A model generated the notes under the pieces. That model did no database searches. It saw nothing but the letters and a program-made list of their open reading frames with translations, and was not told the DNA's origin. From contig OZ024747.1 of NCBI GenBank assembly GCA_964016885.1, forward strand, positions 14,818,001 through 14,882,000: a stretch of DNA of 64,000 nt, in the 5' to 3' direction. The translations under genes and the position numbers were made by a program. Shown here piece after piece: positions 25,343 to 38,689 of the stretch. The DNA is from Eledone cirrhosa (lineage: Eukaryota). Each line of letters begins with the position of its first letter. Within the stretch, counting starts at the first letter, position 1.

Positions 25343-27346
25343 TACTGTGTAGAAATTTCTCATTAAAAAAAATTAAATCTTAGAAATAAAATGAATCAAA
25401 CTTTACAAAGTTACAGTTTATTCCATAGAGGCTAATTGTTTTATTAGTTCATAAATTCTATCAGTAAATTAAAGTTGGGAAAAATGTTTAACTCCGAAAT
25501 TCCAAATTCTCATTTTAGACAAAGTCTCCGATTTTAGATACATAACAATGGAAGAAAGACTTTTGCATTAAGGAAGAACACCAACAAGCATACGACAAAT
25601 GAAAATATATCAACGTAACATTGTTTCTTGTCTTAGAAATGCTTTCCTTTTCAGAACTAATTGAATTAGTTTCTCATAAAGCATTCACCTTTCTTAATGA
25701 AAGTTTAATATAAATGTTGTAAACTATAGAATTAGTGTTTCAAAAAGTTGAGAAAACCATTAAAAAAAAATCGAAAAACTACTGATAAAATATAAAAATC
25801 ACAGAAACTAAACAACTCATAAATTCAGAGTAAACACACTCTGAATTCTAAATACGGTTTGAAAGGGAAGAATAAATGTATTATTATATAATAACTATAT
25901 TTTTGCTTTTTGATGCTATTTTTTCATCATATCAGACATGTTTATCGCTTGTTTGTTTTTCGTAACAAAAGAGTAGAAGGAAAGAAAAAAAGAAGAATGG
26001 TTAGGCTATAAACTAAACGGAAGAAAGAGATATTAATATAGATATACTGAAGATAGAGATAGAGAGAAATATATAAAGAGAAAGATTATGATAGTATGAA
26101 ATATTGTGAAAGAGAGTCACAGAGAGATAAAAGAAAATATAAAATATACAAAGAGAACAAAAATATATGTAAAATAAGAAAAAAATATTTAAAAAATATA
26201 TAGTTATCTTGGATAATAGATGGAAAGTGTGTGTTTATGTATATATAGAGCGAGTGTGTGACAAAGAGGGAGAATAGAGAGAGGGGAGAGAGCGTGAGAA
26301 AGGGGGAGAATAGAGAGAGACAGAAGAGAGTGAAAGAAAGAGTAGACTGAGAAAGAGAGAAAGAGAAAGAGAGAGAGAGAGAGAGATAGAGAGAGAGAAA
26401 TCTAAAGTCTTTAAAATAGAAAATGAATGTATATATATATATATTTATCTATATATATCCAAACATACATACGTACATACATAAATACATATATTACATA
26501 CATACCTACATACGTACACACATACATATATACATACCCCATACATACATACGTACATAGATACAAACCTACATTCATACGTACATACCTACATACCTAC
26601 ATACATACATACCTACATACATACATACCTACCACATACGTACATACATACATACATACCTACATACACACATACATAATAGGCAGTAAAAAAACGAAAG
26701 CAAATATAAAGTATATAGAAGATAGGAATTATTCAAGTTATTATAACAGCCTAATTAATAATATCGAAGGAAGTTGTCGGGGAAAGATTAGCGATGAATA
26801 AAGTGCCATTTCGGTCAGAAATTTATTATAATAAATTTTCACAAACGCATGAATTAGAAATAAATTTTGCTATAAAACAGTAGTAATTTTCCTAAACTTC
26901 ACAATTGAGATTATTCATGCTGGGTTATTCATTTCCATAGTTTGGTAAAAATACTTAAAATAAAATAAAATAAAAATAACACTTTTTACAGCGTAATTAA
27001 CGCCTGTCCTATTATACACACTTAATGAGTTCTGTAGCTTCTAATTTTCTTTTCACTTTTACGAACTTTGTTTTCAATTTGAATTCAGTAAGCTAACTAA
27101 TAATACAACGAAAGAAAATCTGTTTTAAAATAACAATGCTGATGACGATGACTACGGCCATCACCAATATCACCACCACCACCACTATGATGAAGATGAT
27201 GACAATGACGACGACGTTGATGTAGAAAACATAAACGACAAAGAGGATAATGGAGCAGGTGGTGGTCTTTACAGTGATGATAATAATTATGATAATAAAA
27301 ATAACAATGTACGCTTGTGTGAATTTACTATTATTATTATTATTAA

Positions 27347-27945
27347 GGGCGGTGGATTCGCAGTATTGGTAGAGGGTCAGAAGCCATGCTTTGGCGCATA
27401 GAGTTACGGCCCTTGCCATTCTGAGTTCAAATCCCGCCGAGGTTAACTTTGCCTTTCATCCTTACGGGGTCGATAAAATAAAGTACCAGTAATACACTGG
27501 GTATTTGCTGGCCTTGTGCCTAACGTAGAAACAATTATTATTATGAAGGGCGGTGGATTGGCAGTATCGGTAGAGGGTCGGACATGCTTTCCAGCATAGT
27601 TACGTCCCTTGCCATTCTGAGTTCAAATCCTGCCGAGGTTAACTTTGCCTTTCATCCTTACGGGGTCGATAAAATAAAGTACCAGTAATGTACTGGGTTA
27701 TTGCTGGCCTTGTGCCTAAAATAGAAACAATTATTATTATGATTATTATTAGGGCGGTGGATTGGCAGTATCGGTAGAGAGTCGGACGCCATGCTTTGAC
27801 GTATAGAGTTACGGCCCTTGCCATTCTGTGTTCAAATCCCGCCGGGGTTAACTTTTCCTTTCATCCCCACGGGGTCGATAAAATAAAGTACTAGTAATGC
27901 ACTGGGTAATTGCTGGCCTTGTGCCAAACGTAGAAACAATTATTA
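27347..27945 (+). mobile_element. Three head-to-tail family S SINEs
   Basis: Units start GGGCGGTGGATT at 27347, 27548 and 27752, separated by (ATT)n tails. Confidence 0.9.
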
Positions 27946-27984
27946 TGATTATTATTTTATTGGAAATCTTATTATTGCTGTCAC

Positions 27985-28015
<31 letters not shown>

Positions 28016-28308
28016 CTTCTCCTTCTTCTTCTTCGTTTTCCATTCGTCATCCCCTTCATCTTATTCTTCATCTTGTAGATCAAAGGGAGGTTTAAAGAAA
28101 CATGTTAAAGTACATCAAATGCAGACACCATAGCCTTTGCCAAACTTACTTGTAATTTTTGTGGTCCTAGTTTTGCATTCATACCTGGTCAAAAAATGGT
28201 CACAAAAGACACCATGTTGAAAATCATCTTCATGTGCATTAAGTGGTCAATCTCTCTACCGAGTGTGTGTGTGTGTGTGTTGGTGTGTGTATATATATAT
28301 ATATATAT

Positions 28309-28413
28309 ATAAATCAAGAAAGAAGGTTGACATGGTTTGCTATACAAAAAAGGTTTTTAATCTCAAAATCTTTTTTGTATAGCAAACCATGTCAACCTTC
28401 TTTCTTGATTTAT
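28309..28413. repeat. Near-perfect hairpin (~48-bp arms) at the edge of a TA-flanked insert
   Basis: AAATCAAGAAAGAAGGTTGACATGGTTTGCTATACAAAAAAG / CTTTTTTGTATAGCAAACCATGTCAACCTTCTTTCTTGATTT. Confidence 0.9.
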
Positions 28414-28580
28414 TATTACTCCAAGTGTTTACAACATAGGAATTACGGCATACCCGCAGCATCACTATGAAAACGCCTTGTTGAGTCAAACCAAGCCAAG
28501 CGTTAATATCATCCACTACCTGGAATACCATAACTGAACTTTACCTAAGTGGACTGCATTTAACTATTATTTGTTACCCC

Positions 28581-28629
<49 letters not shown>

Positions 28630-28752
28630 GGAGGTGAGTTTTATTGTAGTACAATAAAGCAATGCAGATATCGGATAAGAAGCACTCTACAGTTTGTAGG
28701 ACTGGAGTATACATAATATATAAGATCAAAAGATGGTTAAAAGAGTTCCATG

Positions 28753-28823
28753 TATTTTATTATGCGCATTTCAAAAACAAATATCATTATGCATTAACAT
28801 TTGTGTTTTCATCAGATAAAATA
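28753..28823 (-). ncRNA. Type I hammerhead ribozyme
   Basis: Minus strand: UAUUUUAU CUGAUGA AAACACAAAUGUUA..UGAUAUUUGUUUUU GAAA UGCGCA UA AUAAAAUA. Confidence 0.85.
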
Positions 28824-28899
28824 GGAAGACACTTGTGGATAGTGCAGATATGTTGATTTAAAACTGCACTGTGTTTTTAACCTTCATATCATGTCTTTC

Positions 28900-28970
28900 T
28901 ATTTTATCTGATGAAAACACAAATGTTATTGCATGATGATATTTGTTTTTGAAATGCGCATAATAAAATA
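28900..28970 (+). ncRNA. Type I hammerhead ribozyme
   Basis: TATTTTAT CTGATGA (28908-14), long stem II, GAAA (28951-54) TGCGCA TA ATAAAATA; predicted cleavage after 28962. Confidence 0.88.
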
Positions 28971-28998
28971 CATGAAACTCTTTTAACCATCTTTTGAT

Positions 28999-29064
<66 letters not shown>

Positions 29065-30805
29065 TATGTATGTATATATATTTTACATATAAATGGCTTT
29101 TACAGGACTAGAACGGTTTCATTCGGGAGAAATCACCAGGAAAGCCGACTGTCACTGTAATATGGTAGTATTTATACATGTTATGGTGGTTGGAGAGGGT
29201 GGTGGTCGGGATGGGTGGAGGTAATTGGTTGATTGATTTAAAGAAAGGGGATGCTTTAAAAACTATATTTAGAGAAAATACATATTGATACAAAGGCAGA
29301 AGTAACTCCACGCTAAGTACCTATAGACAAACACAAACACACTGAGCGGCACTCCTATATATATATATATATATATATATGGATTTTTGTATTGAGGCAG
29401 CTTTGCGGGCTAAACGAGGAAGATATTCGCCAGTTCATATAACGAGATTGTGAGTATTTAAAATATTAATGTATTGAAACAATAATTTCACTCTGATTTC
29501 ATGGCCAAGGTTTTGGGGTGGAAGAGTTACCTTTTTGGGACTAGTATCTCACTTATTAATAATTATATATATTTTACTTTTATCTCAATAGAATAAGAAT
29601 AACATAAATGGAAGTGCCGGATAAAGTGAACTGTATTACATTATTATAAGTTATTTCCCTTCTTCTTTGGTTGATAGAAAATAACCTCATAAGTGTGAGG
29701 ATGGTTTTAATTGAATATAATTCATCCCCAATATATAATATAAGGCCTTCTTCCTTTGTAAGAAAACATTGTTATTAATATTCTCATGTCACGAAAGACT
29801 GTCTATACGGATTCACTAATGCCTCATTACATGTCTGTTAATTTGTCCATTAGGCCTTCCAGTAACTCCAGCGTAAAAGGAGGGAACATGTTCACATTTA
29901 CAATCAGAAAATGTATAAAAGATTCTGAATGAATTGTATGAGTTTCAACCAATAATGCGGAGGAAATATTTACCAAGGGTCGTGTGTTCATGCAATTGAA
30001 GTAGGTTAAGTAGCCATTTTTTTTTAAAACGTCTCTGTTTATTTCATGTAATGAGCAAAACCAAGTGGTTTATTTTCATGAGATGTGTTTTTCAATGTCT
30101 TTCATCTCGCAAAATAAACTATTTAAATAGTATGGGGAAATTGTTTGAATTTATACATCTTCTGAGAAAAGCTTTTTCCACGGGACTTTGAACTTTGAAC
30201 ATAAAAGAAAGAAATCATTTAACAAAAGAAAAAAAAAACAAAAAAACGTAACATTACGAAACAAACAACGTTGGCAAGCAAACCTTTAGAAGCAACAAAG
30301 CAACGCAAATACATCACAATTGATGGCGGAAAGAAATGTAAATTTTACAATAATGAGTAGTTCTGTTTGGAGTAGTGGATGGTAAAAACCATAACGTAAG
30401 AAACTGCAAAGAAATTGAAATTCTCTGAATTAAAGAAAGCTGATGGTGTTGAAAGTGATAATTTTGGATTAACGATGACCTTTCATTCTGAGATACATGT
30501 ATGCATACAGAAACAAAATTGTATACAAATACACACTCAGAGACATAAGAAGAAATGATAAAATATAACAAAAACAAAATGAGGAGGAAACACTGAGTAC
30601 ATTTTGAAATACCTAATAGAAATCTGACCGTTAAAAGAATCCGATAAAAACACGCTGTCTATATTTCATAATGGACCACTTTAGATTATCAAGGCTTGCA
30701 TCACCATCATAGGGAAACACGTGACCTGAGAGGCGGTGACTTTTTTATATTTTTTATAAGACTAGATGCTTGTAAGGCCTCACAGTACTCTGTAATTCCA
30801 TATCG

Positions 30806-30855
<50 letters not shown>

Positions 30856-30877
30856 CGATATATATACACAAAGACAT

Positions 30878-30919
<42 letters not shown>

Positions 30920-30951
30920 CGTATATATATATATATTTATATATATATATT

Positions 30952-30982
<31 letters not shown>

Positions 30983-31007
30983 TTATATATATATATAAAT
31001 ATATATG

Positions 31008-31128
<121 letters not shown>

Positions 31129-31132
31129 CTCT

Positions 31133-31197
<65 letters not shown>

Positions 31198-31542
31198 CAA
31201 TGCACTAGAAAATTTACTGTTAAGTGATTTAATTTAATTTATACAGAACAGTTTCTCTCCTCATCTTTCATCCACCAGCCAACACATACAATACTCAATA
31301 CCAAACTCAATAGCATGCACAAACAGACATAAGCAGATGTAAACACACAATCACAAATACACACATACAACGTGAGATACACATTCGTGTCTTACAATCG
31401 CACTGAAAATATATAATATGGTTTTTCCTCAACAGACTTTCATATGTTCTCCATTCTACTGTCATTTTAACAACACACACACGCACACACACATATATAA
31501 TTAATAAATAATTATGTATATATATATATGTGTGAATATGTG

Positions 31543-31598
<56 letters not shown>

Positions 31599-31686
31599 GG
31601 AAAAATTTGAACAGGGACAAAACAGAGAGGCAGTACAACGAATGTTTATTAATTTCACGCTCTGGAGAGTGGGGTGTTGGTGGGGG

Positions 31687-31718
31687 ACGACGTTTCGGGC
31701 ATAAGCCCTTCCTCAGGT
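31687..31718 (-). ncRNA. Minimal hammerhead ribozyme-like motif
   Basis: Minus strand: AC CUGAGGA A GGGC uuau GCCC GAAA CGUC GU. Lies in a TA-flanked insert at about 31595-31797. Confidence 0.6.
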
Positions 31719-31794
31719 GAGAAATGTGTGGGAACAGAGTTCAAAGGGTGTGTAGGGGAGTGGTGGAGAGACATATAGCGAAAGGAAACGGTGC

Positions 31795-31882
<88 letters not shown>

Positions 31883-32056
31883 CGAAACTTTGGTAATGGA
31901 GTAGTTATATATTGTGTTCACTTTCTGATTAAATAGCTCTGTTCTATACTTAGAGCACTCTTTTTCCTTTGCTTTTTCTTCGGAATTACCTAACACACAC
32001 ACACACATATATATAGGGTTAGAGAAAGAGAGAAAGAAATATATATATATATATAT

Positions 32057-32191
32057 GTTAATATCTGATGATTCTAAAGACATGATTTATGATATAATGC
32101 TCTGATTTTTTAATTTATTAATTCTTCATAGAGCTTAAAAGTGAACAGTTGCAACATATATATATAACTTTAACTTTATGTATATGATAAC

Positions 32192-32236
<45 letters not shown>

Positions 32237-32621
32237 AAGGTTATCATATACATAAAGTTAAAGTTATATATATATGTTGCAACTGTTCACTTTTAAGCTC
32301 TATGAAGAATTAATAAATTAAAAAATCAGAGCATTATATCATAAATCATGTCTTTAGAATTATCAGATATTAAAATATATACTATTTCTTCTTCTAATTA
32401 GCATAATTAACCATATAAAAAAATCAGCTATAAGAATAAATGGTCTTATGGGGAAATCTCCGACAAATAACCGAACGTAGCCTCTTCGCGGCGGCCCCGG
32501 TTGGAGATTTCCCCATAAGAGCATTTATTCTTATAGCTGATTTTTTATATGGTTAATTATGCTAATTAGGAGAAGAAATAGTATATATTTTAATATCTGA
32601 TGATTCTAAAGACATGATTTA

Positions 32622-32625
<4 letters not shown>
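32057..32625. repeat. Two overlapping inverted repeats (nested fold-back)
   Basis: 32057-32196 mirrored by 32228-32372 around (TA)n; 32335-32461 mirrored by 32502-32625. Confidence 0.9.
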
Positions 32626-32689
<64 letters not shown>

Positions 32690-33802
32690 GGACTTGTGTG
32701 GCTGAGAATGTACGTCTGTAATCCAAAAAAACATACAAATAAATTTGTATTTCTAATTTAGCTACAAATCCAAACAATTGGACGAAGGACACAACTCTTA
32801 CGTTACATATATATACATAACAGTACCCGTATTGATAAGTTAACAGGCTATCATAAACACTTGTGTTTTCGTAAAATAATATTATAATGAGACAAATTGG
32901 TAGATTTCTTAGAACATCAGATGCTTTGGGGTATTTGTTCCTGATTTCTAATCTCTAAGTTAAAATCCTGCAGAAGTTTACTTCAGCTTTTCATTTCGTG
33001 TTCGATAAGCACAATTCCATGGAGGAGGTTTGGTAGATTTGGCAAAGCATAAATTGGTAGCCTTTCCGATGCGTGAGTTCAAATTCACCAACCAATTCAA
33101 AACATTTACCCAGTGTGAATAGATAGACATGAAATCAGCATAGTTGACGGGAGAGAATACCTTGTTGTTCTTAATCACAACCTTTTACGTTTTTTTACTC
33201 ATAACCCACCTAATTCGACTAAGCCTGTCCATTTTTCTACTGAGTCTGCATCATGTAATGGGTGTAATATGCTTGTGTAGATATATTCTACAACACTACA
33301 TCTCAGTACTTTACTGGAGAATCTATATGCAAAAGAATGGACAGGCAAAGTCGAATTAGGTGGGTTATGAACACAAAAACCCCAAGAATTGCAGCTAAGT
33401 ACTTCAAGGTGTTCTCTGCATTTTCCTCTACAGATACTGCCAATTCTCCTACTTTTTATAATAGATGGTAATAGTGAAATATATTGAAGTGAAGTGGATC
33501 CAAATAAGTAATACAAAGGAAATATCTACCTTCATTCGTTTCGAGCTTTTCCCTTCTATTCATACGGGCATTAATATAGCATTGAAATAATACTATTAAT
33601 GTTATCAAAAGATATATGTAATATATGAGAAAGAAGCCCCAAACTATATTTGTTAATACTTACAAATTCTCGCGCGCTTTAAATATTCCACGCTAGCACA
33701 CATGCATACGCAAATGGACACACACACATACTCACACACGCACACATACAGATATATAAATATGTGTGTGTGTATATATATGTATATATATATAAATATA
33801 TG

Positions 33803-33860
<58 letters not shown>

Positions 33861-33862
33861 CA

Positions 33863-33946
<84 letters not shown>

Positions 33947-33950
33947 TGTA

Positions 33951-33988
<38 letters not shown>

Positions 33989-34263
33989 GATGTATATGTA
34001 TGTGTTTGTTACATATCATATATCATCAGAATAATATTAAATGCAAACATATAACGTGGAACTTATACACTCACACATATTTTCCACATTTTTTCACCAC
34101 ATGTGTGTCTGTGCGTGTATATATGTGTATTATTATTTCTCCGTCTGTATATTTACATATATATATTTAGTTGGAAACTTATATGATTTTTCTACGTATT
34201 CATAAGAACTGTACAGTGAAGCTTTGTTGAATAAGGCAGTGTTTATTATTATTATTATTATTA

Positions 34264-34329
<66 letters not shown>

Positions 34330-34860
34330 TTGTAATGTTATTTCTTTCACTAAATGAATTATAATGGAACCACAAAGTAAACATTATCATTTACTTTCAG
34401 TTTTATATACTCTCTCACTTTTTCTAATTATTTTCTCATTCTCTCCCCTACTTATTTTATTCTCATCCCACACAGTCATTCTCTTCTCTTTTCATTTCAT
34501 CTCACACTGTGAAAGACAAATAGTGGCCCGCAGCTACATACTTTAATTCTGTTCAACAATTTCTATATGTTCCTTCAGTTTTTGATAAGGTGTTTCATAA
34601 AACATCTTACATGATCAATGTATTATCCTACAGTTCCTCTTGTTTATCTATTATTCCTACCTATTTTTATGAACCTTCTTACAGCCGATCACTGACAATA
34701 GCTTCAACATATAAGTTTTGTGTTGTTTAAGATAACTAAAAACAGAAGAAAAAAGGAGTCACACGTAGAAATAAAAAAGAAGCAGGTACATATATATGTT
34801 ATATGCTTACTATACGACGTATAGATAAGCATATATATGTGTATGTAGGTGTATGTATAA

Positions 34861-34899
<39 letters not shown>

Positions 34900-34960
34900 A
34901 ACACACACACACATATATATATACAAATAAATATAAATGTATATATATATGCAAGTATAA

Positions 34961-35021
<61 letters not shown>

Positions 35022-35045
35022 ATATATATATATATATATATATAT

Positions 35046-35089
<44 letters not shown>

Positions 35090-35111
35090 ATATATATATA
35101 TATATATATAT

Positions 35112-35249
<138 letters not shown>

Positions 35250-35497
35250 TGTATTTGAAATAGATAGTGGCGAAGGATGGGCCTGTGTATGTGCGTATAA
35301 ATATCACATTAGCTTTTCCTTTATTTTCTAACCCTTTTTTTCAATTGTTAAACGAATAAAATACATATGGAAAATATATTTCTCATATCTCATTTCTATT
35401 TAAACTTTATGCAAAGTAGCTGGGCGGATAAGCTATTTGTCTCCCAAACTGAACAGTTATGCGTTCAAATCACATGGATTTGATTCGTTGTATTTAT

Positions 35498-35700
35498 AAT
35501 AATTGTTTCTACTTTTGGCACAAGACCAGCAATAATCCCAGTGTATTACTGGTGCTTTATTTTATCGACCCCGTAAGGATGAAAGGCAAAGTTAACCTCG
35601 GGGTGCAGGGAGGGGGTGTTTAACTCAGAACATAAAGGACCATAACTCTTTGCTGCTAAGCATGGCGTCCGACCCTCTACCGATACGGCCATTCCACCGT
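35498..35700 (-). mobile_element. Family S SINE
   Basis: Matches the family S consensus in reverse. Confidence 0.8.
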
Positions 35701-35724
35701 CCTTTGTATTTATAATAATATTGA

Positions 35725-36480
35725 AAATCGTTGTGTACAGTGTTCAGGTGCACTACAACCCATCAAAAGTGCATCAATAGTACCTAGAATAATTTACAAA
35801 TGTCAAGAATATGAACAGTGTGTGTCATGATATACACACTAATACATGCGTGAATGTGTATGGAGCGGGGAATATCAGTTTTAGTGTTGACGAATTTCGG
35901 GAAGCATGGTTGCTTTGAAGGATGCAGTGTCCCGACTGCTACCAATCGATGTGAAGCAGGTAGTTTGTTCCATGCTTCAGTAACTCTGAGCGTGAAAAAA
36001 TATTTTTCATGGGAGCTGTGCTGTTTTCTGAATTTGTAAGTATGCCCACGGGTGTTAGATATGGGATTCAAAAAGGTGCTCAGGGTTGTTGTTGCCAAGA
36101 ACGTTAATAATGTTGTGGGTGCTTACCAAGTCAGTTGCCAGGCATCAGGGTTTTAATGTATCCATGCCCAGGGAAGGAAGGCGTTCAGATTAAGGTAGAT
36201 GCCTCATGGAGGGTATTTGCTTGGTTGCACGTCTCAAAAGAGTTTCTGAGCATGATAGGGGTTCCAGACTGGTGATGCAAATTCTAATTATGGGCTCATC
36301 ATACCTATAAACAGCTTTAAATAGATAGCTTGAGAGCGGTTGACAAAGGTCATACTGAGTGATGCTAAGATACCCTCGGCTTTTTGACAATATTAGAGAT
36401 ATGCTTTGTCCAACGCAACTCGCTGCTGACAGTAATCCCCAGGTCACGTTCACAAGAAGACTGCTTGAGATTAGTTTTGC
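35725..36480 (-). pseudogene. CR1-clade LINE 3' fragment (decayed ORF2)
   Basis: Minus-strand peptides ERDLGITVSSELRWTKHISNIVKK and NTRGHTYK..FFTLRVTEAWNKLP are typical of the CR1 RT thumb/C-terminus; frameshifted. Confidence 0.85.
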
Positions 36481-37280
36481 GGAGGGAGTATCTGAACGCT
36501 GGGTTTTTCCTCCTTTTTTTTCTGACCTGTTTCAGCAGTTTACAGATTTCTTTCATATGTCAGACCTAAGATAAAAGCATTCATTCCATGACAATCGTTC
36601 TTTAAGACATAGTATATATGTATGTGTATATACAAATGTGTGTGTGTCTGTGCGGAAGGTTTTATGTAGAATTGATCACAAAGACAGCGGGTCGGAATTG
36701 TACTCGATACATATTTAGATACAGAGTTAGTATAGTAGTTCCCAAGGGAAGGCTTACTTCCTTTCAGATGGCTTACAAACTAACAGGCTGTAAACTTTGA
36801 TTTGAAAGCCATATATGTTGCAGACAAGCAGAAACTAAACGGGCCCTCAGTTGGAATTTTACTGTATATGAGTGTGTGTCTGTAAACACAGAAAAAAGAT
36901 GAAAAAAAATGAATGATATAAAAATTCAAAAATCAATATTGATAGCATAGAATATTAATAATCTGTTAGCGATCCTGTTTATTATGAGATAAATTAGATG
37001 TAAATGGATGATAGAAGTAAATTAACCGGAAATAAAGGAAACGTGTACAGGATGCGTTGATAGGCTTGCCTAATAGAAGTTTTAAGTTCAGTATTAGCAC
37101 GCTCACACATGCACACAGAGACAAACACAGACACAAACACAAATTCACACAACACATACATATAATATATATATACATACACACGTATATATATGTATAT
37201 ATATATATATATGTATAATATATATGTATATATATATATGTATAATATATATGTATATATATATATGTATAATATATATG

Positions 37281-37339
<59 letters not shown>

Positions 37340-37343
<4 letters not shown>

Positions 37344-37421
37344 TAAAATAACAGATTAAAGTTTAAGCAAAGAATCTCTGCTTTCACCCTTAACGGGATC
37401 TTCTGAAACTAACAAAGTCAA
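37340..37421 (-). mobile_element. Short fragment of family X between (TA)n tracts
   Basis: Reverse complement of 21054-21137. Confidence 0.8.
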
Positions 37422-37439
37422 TATATATATATATTATTA

Positions 37440-38510
37440 TACTTTGGGAGGGTCATGTTGCCAACAGGAAACACACGCACAAGTGTTTTCACTCCAATTT
37501 ATTATGAATTAAATTATAAATTTAGACATTTATAAATTTCCGGTTGCTTGGTTGGTTCCACAACCGGACGGTTGTTCATATATTGTCAAAGTTATTTCGT
37601 CACACATTCTGGGAACTCTTCAATGACTGAGGATTCTTTTCTTTGTTTTGTGCTTCTCCTTTGTTCTCTCCTACGCCATCTCGATTTTGTGTGTTGTGTG
37701 CTTAGTTTGCGCATGTGTTACATCCGGGTGTATGTGTGTGTTTTTATTTGTTTATTTATTTGTTTATTTACATGTTACTGGTAGGATTTTTGTTCTATGT
37801 GTGTGTGTGTTTTCATTTTGTCCTTAATTGTAAGTTGCGATGTTGCTGTTCAATTCATGTTTTCTATTTAATATTGGTTGGAGTTCATTTATGTTTATTG
37901 CCTCTATGATTTGTCTAAACATTGCGTCTTTTCTGTGTGTAGATTTTATTTTTATTTCTATGTTCTCTAATTTGCCCTTATGTTCTATTTTAGCATGTTG
38001 GTAGAGAACAGATGATTCTTTACTATCTTGAACCTCTCGCCAGTGTTCATTTAATCGTTCACCTATACTACGAGCTGTTTTACCTATGTACACTATATTT
38101 TTATCTTTACATGGTCCTTCACTACATCTTATGCTATATACTATGTTTCTAGTTTTACAGTTATATGGGGTTTTAGTTTACAGATTATGCATTTCTTATC
38201 TATACAGGGAGATCTTTGAAAAGGGTATGTATTACTAATAAGTGTTTTCATGGAGGTACCTGGTCTTTCTACTATCTTAATATTTAGTTTAAGTTTATAT
38301 AGGGCCCTTCTCAATGTGTAAGCTAGTTCACATCTAGGGTTGTATTGATGAACATTACACTCTGGTATTTATTGCTATCATACCATGAGTTTATTCTATT
38401 AACCTTATTCCTAGTTCTTTCTATTCTATTCCAAAATTTGCTTCTATACAAGGGGCAGGTCCCATTTGTATCATTATTTACCATTTTTCCCATTTGGTTC
38501 TGGCTCCTCT
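37440..38510 (-). mobile_element. Penelope-like retroelement 3' fragment with GIY-YIG endonuclease
   Basis: Minus strand CKTRNIVYSIRC..C..IVYIGKTARSIGERLNEH..QHAKIEH..IEAINI..PILN; TA-flanked. Confidence 0.88.
37585..37627 (-). ncRNA. Degenerate hammerhead in the Penelope 3' terminal region
   Basis: Minus strand: GUCA UUGAAGA GU..AC GAAA UAACUU UGAC. C3U variant core, weakened stem II. Confidence 0.55.
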
Positions 38511-38689
38511 ATATACTCTATATAATCAGAGTATATATATATATATATTAGAAAATGAGGTTTTTTTCAAAATATATTCCATAGAAATATATCCCCCCCC
38601 CCCCCCAATACATATATGACCGAACGTTCTTTGGGAAAGAGTGGGTAGTTGATGTCGTGAACGCCGCCAATGACCGTTTATAGAATGCC

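Larger units (their letters stand above)
28626..29002 (-). mobile_element. Non-autonomous Penelope-like element (family Z) with inverted hammerhead-bearing arms
   Basis: Arms at about 28718-28830 and 28893-29002; unique left extension with minus-strand AATAAA; (TA)n on both sides; homologous to 52704-53508. Confidence 0.85.

Noticed and set aside
27347-27945. CRISPR-like or tRNA-gene array
   Set aside because: Eukaryotic context; the units are ~200-bp SINEs without spacers and no cloverleaf can be formed.
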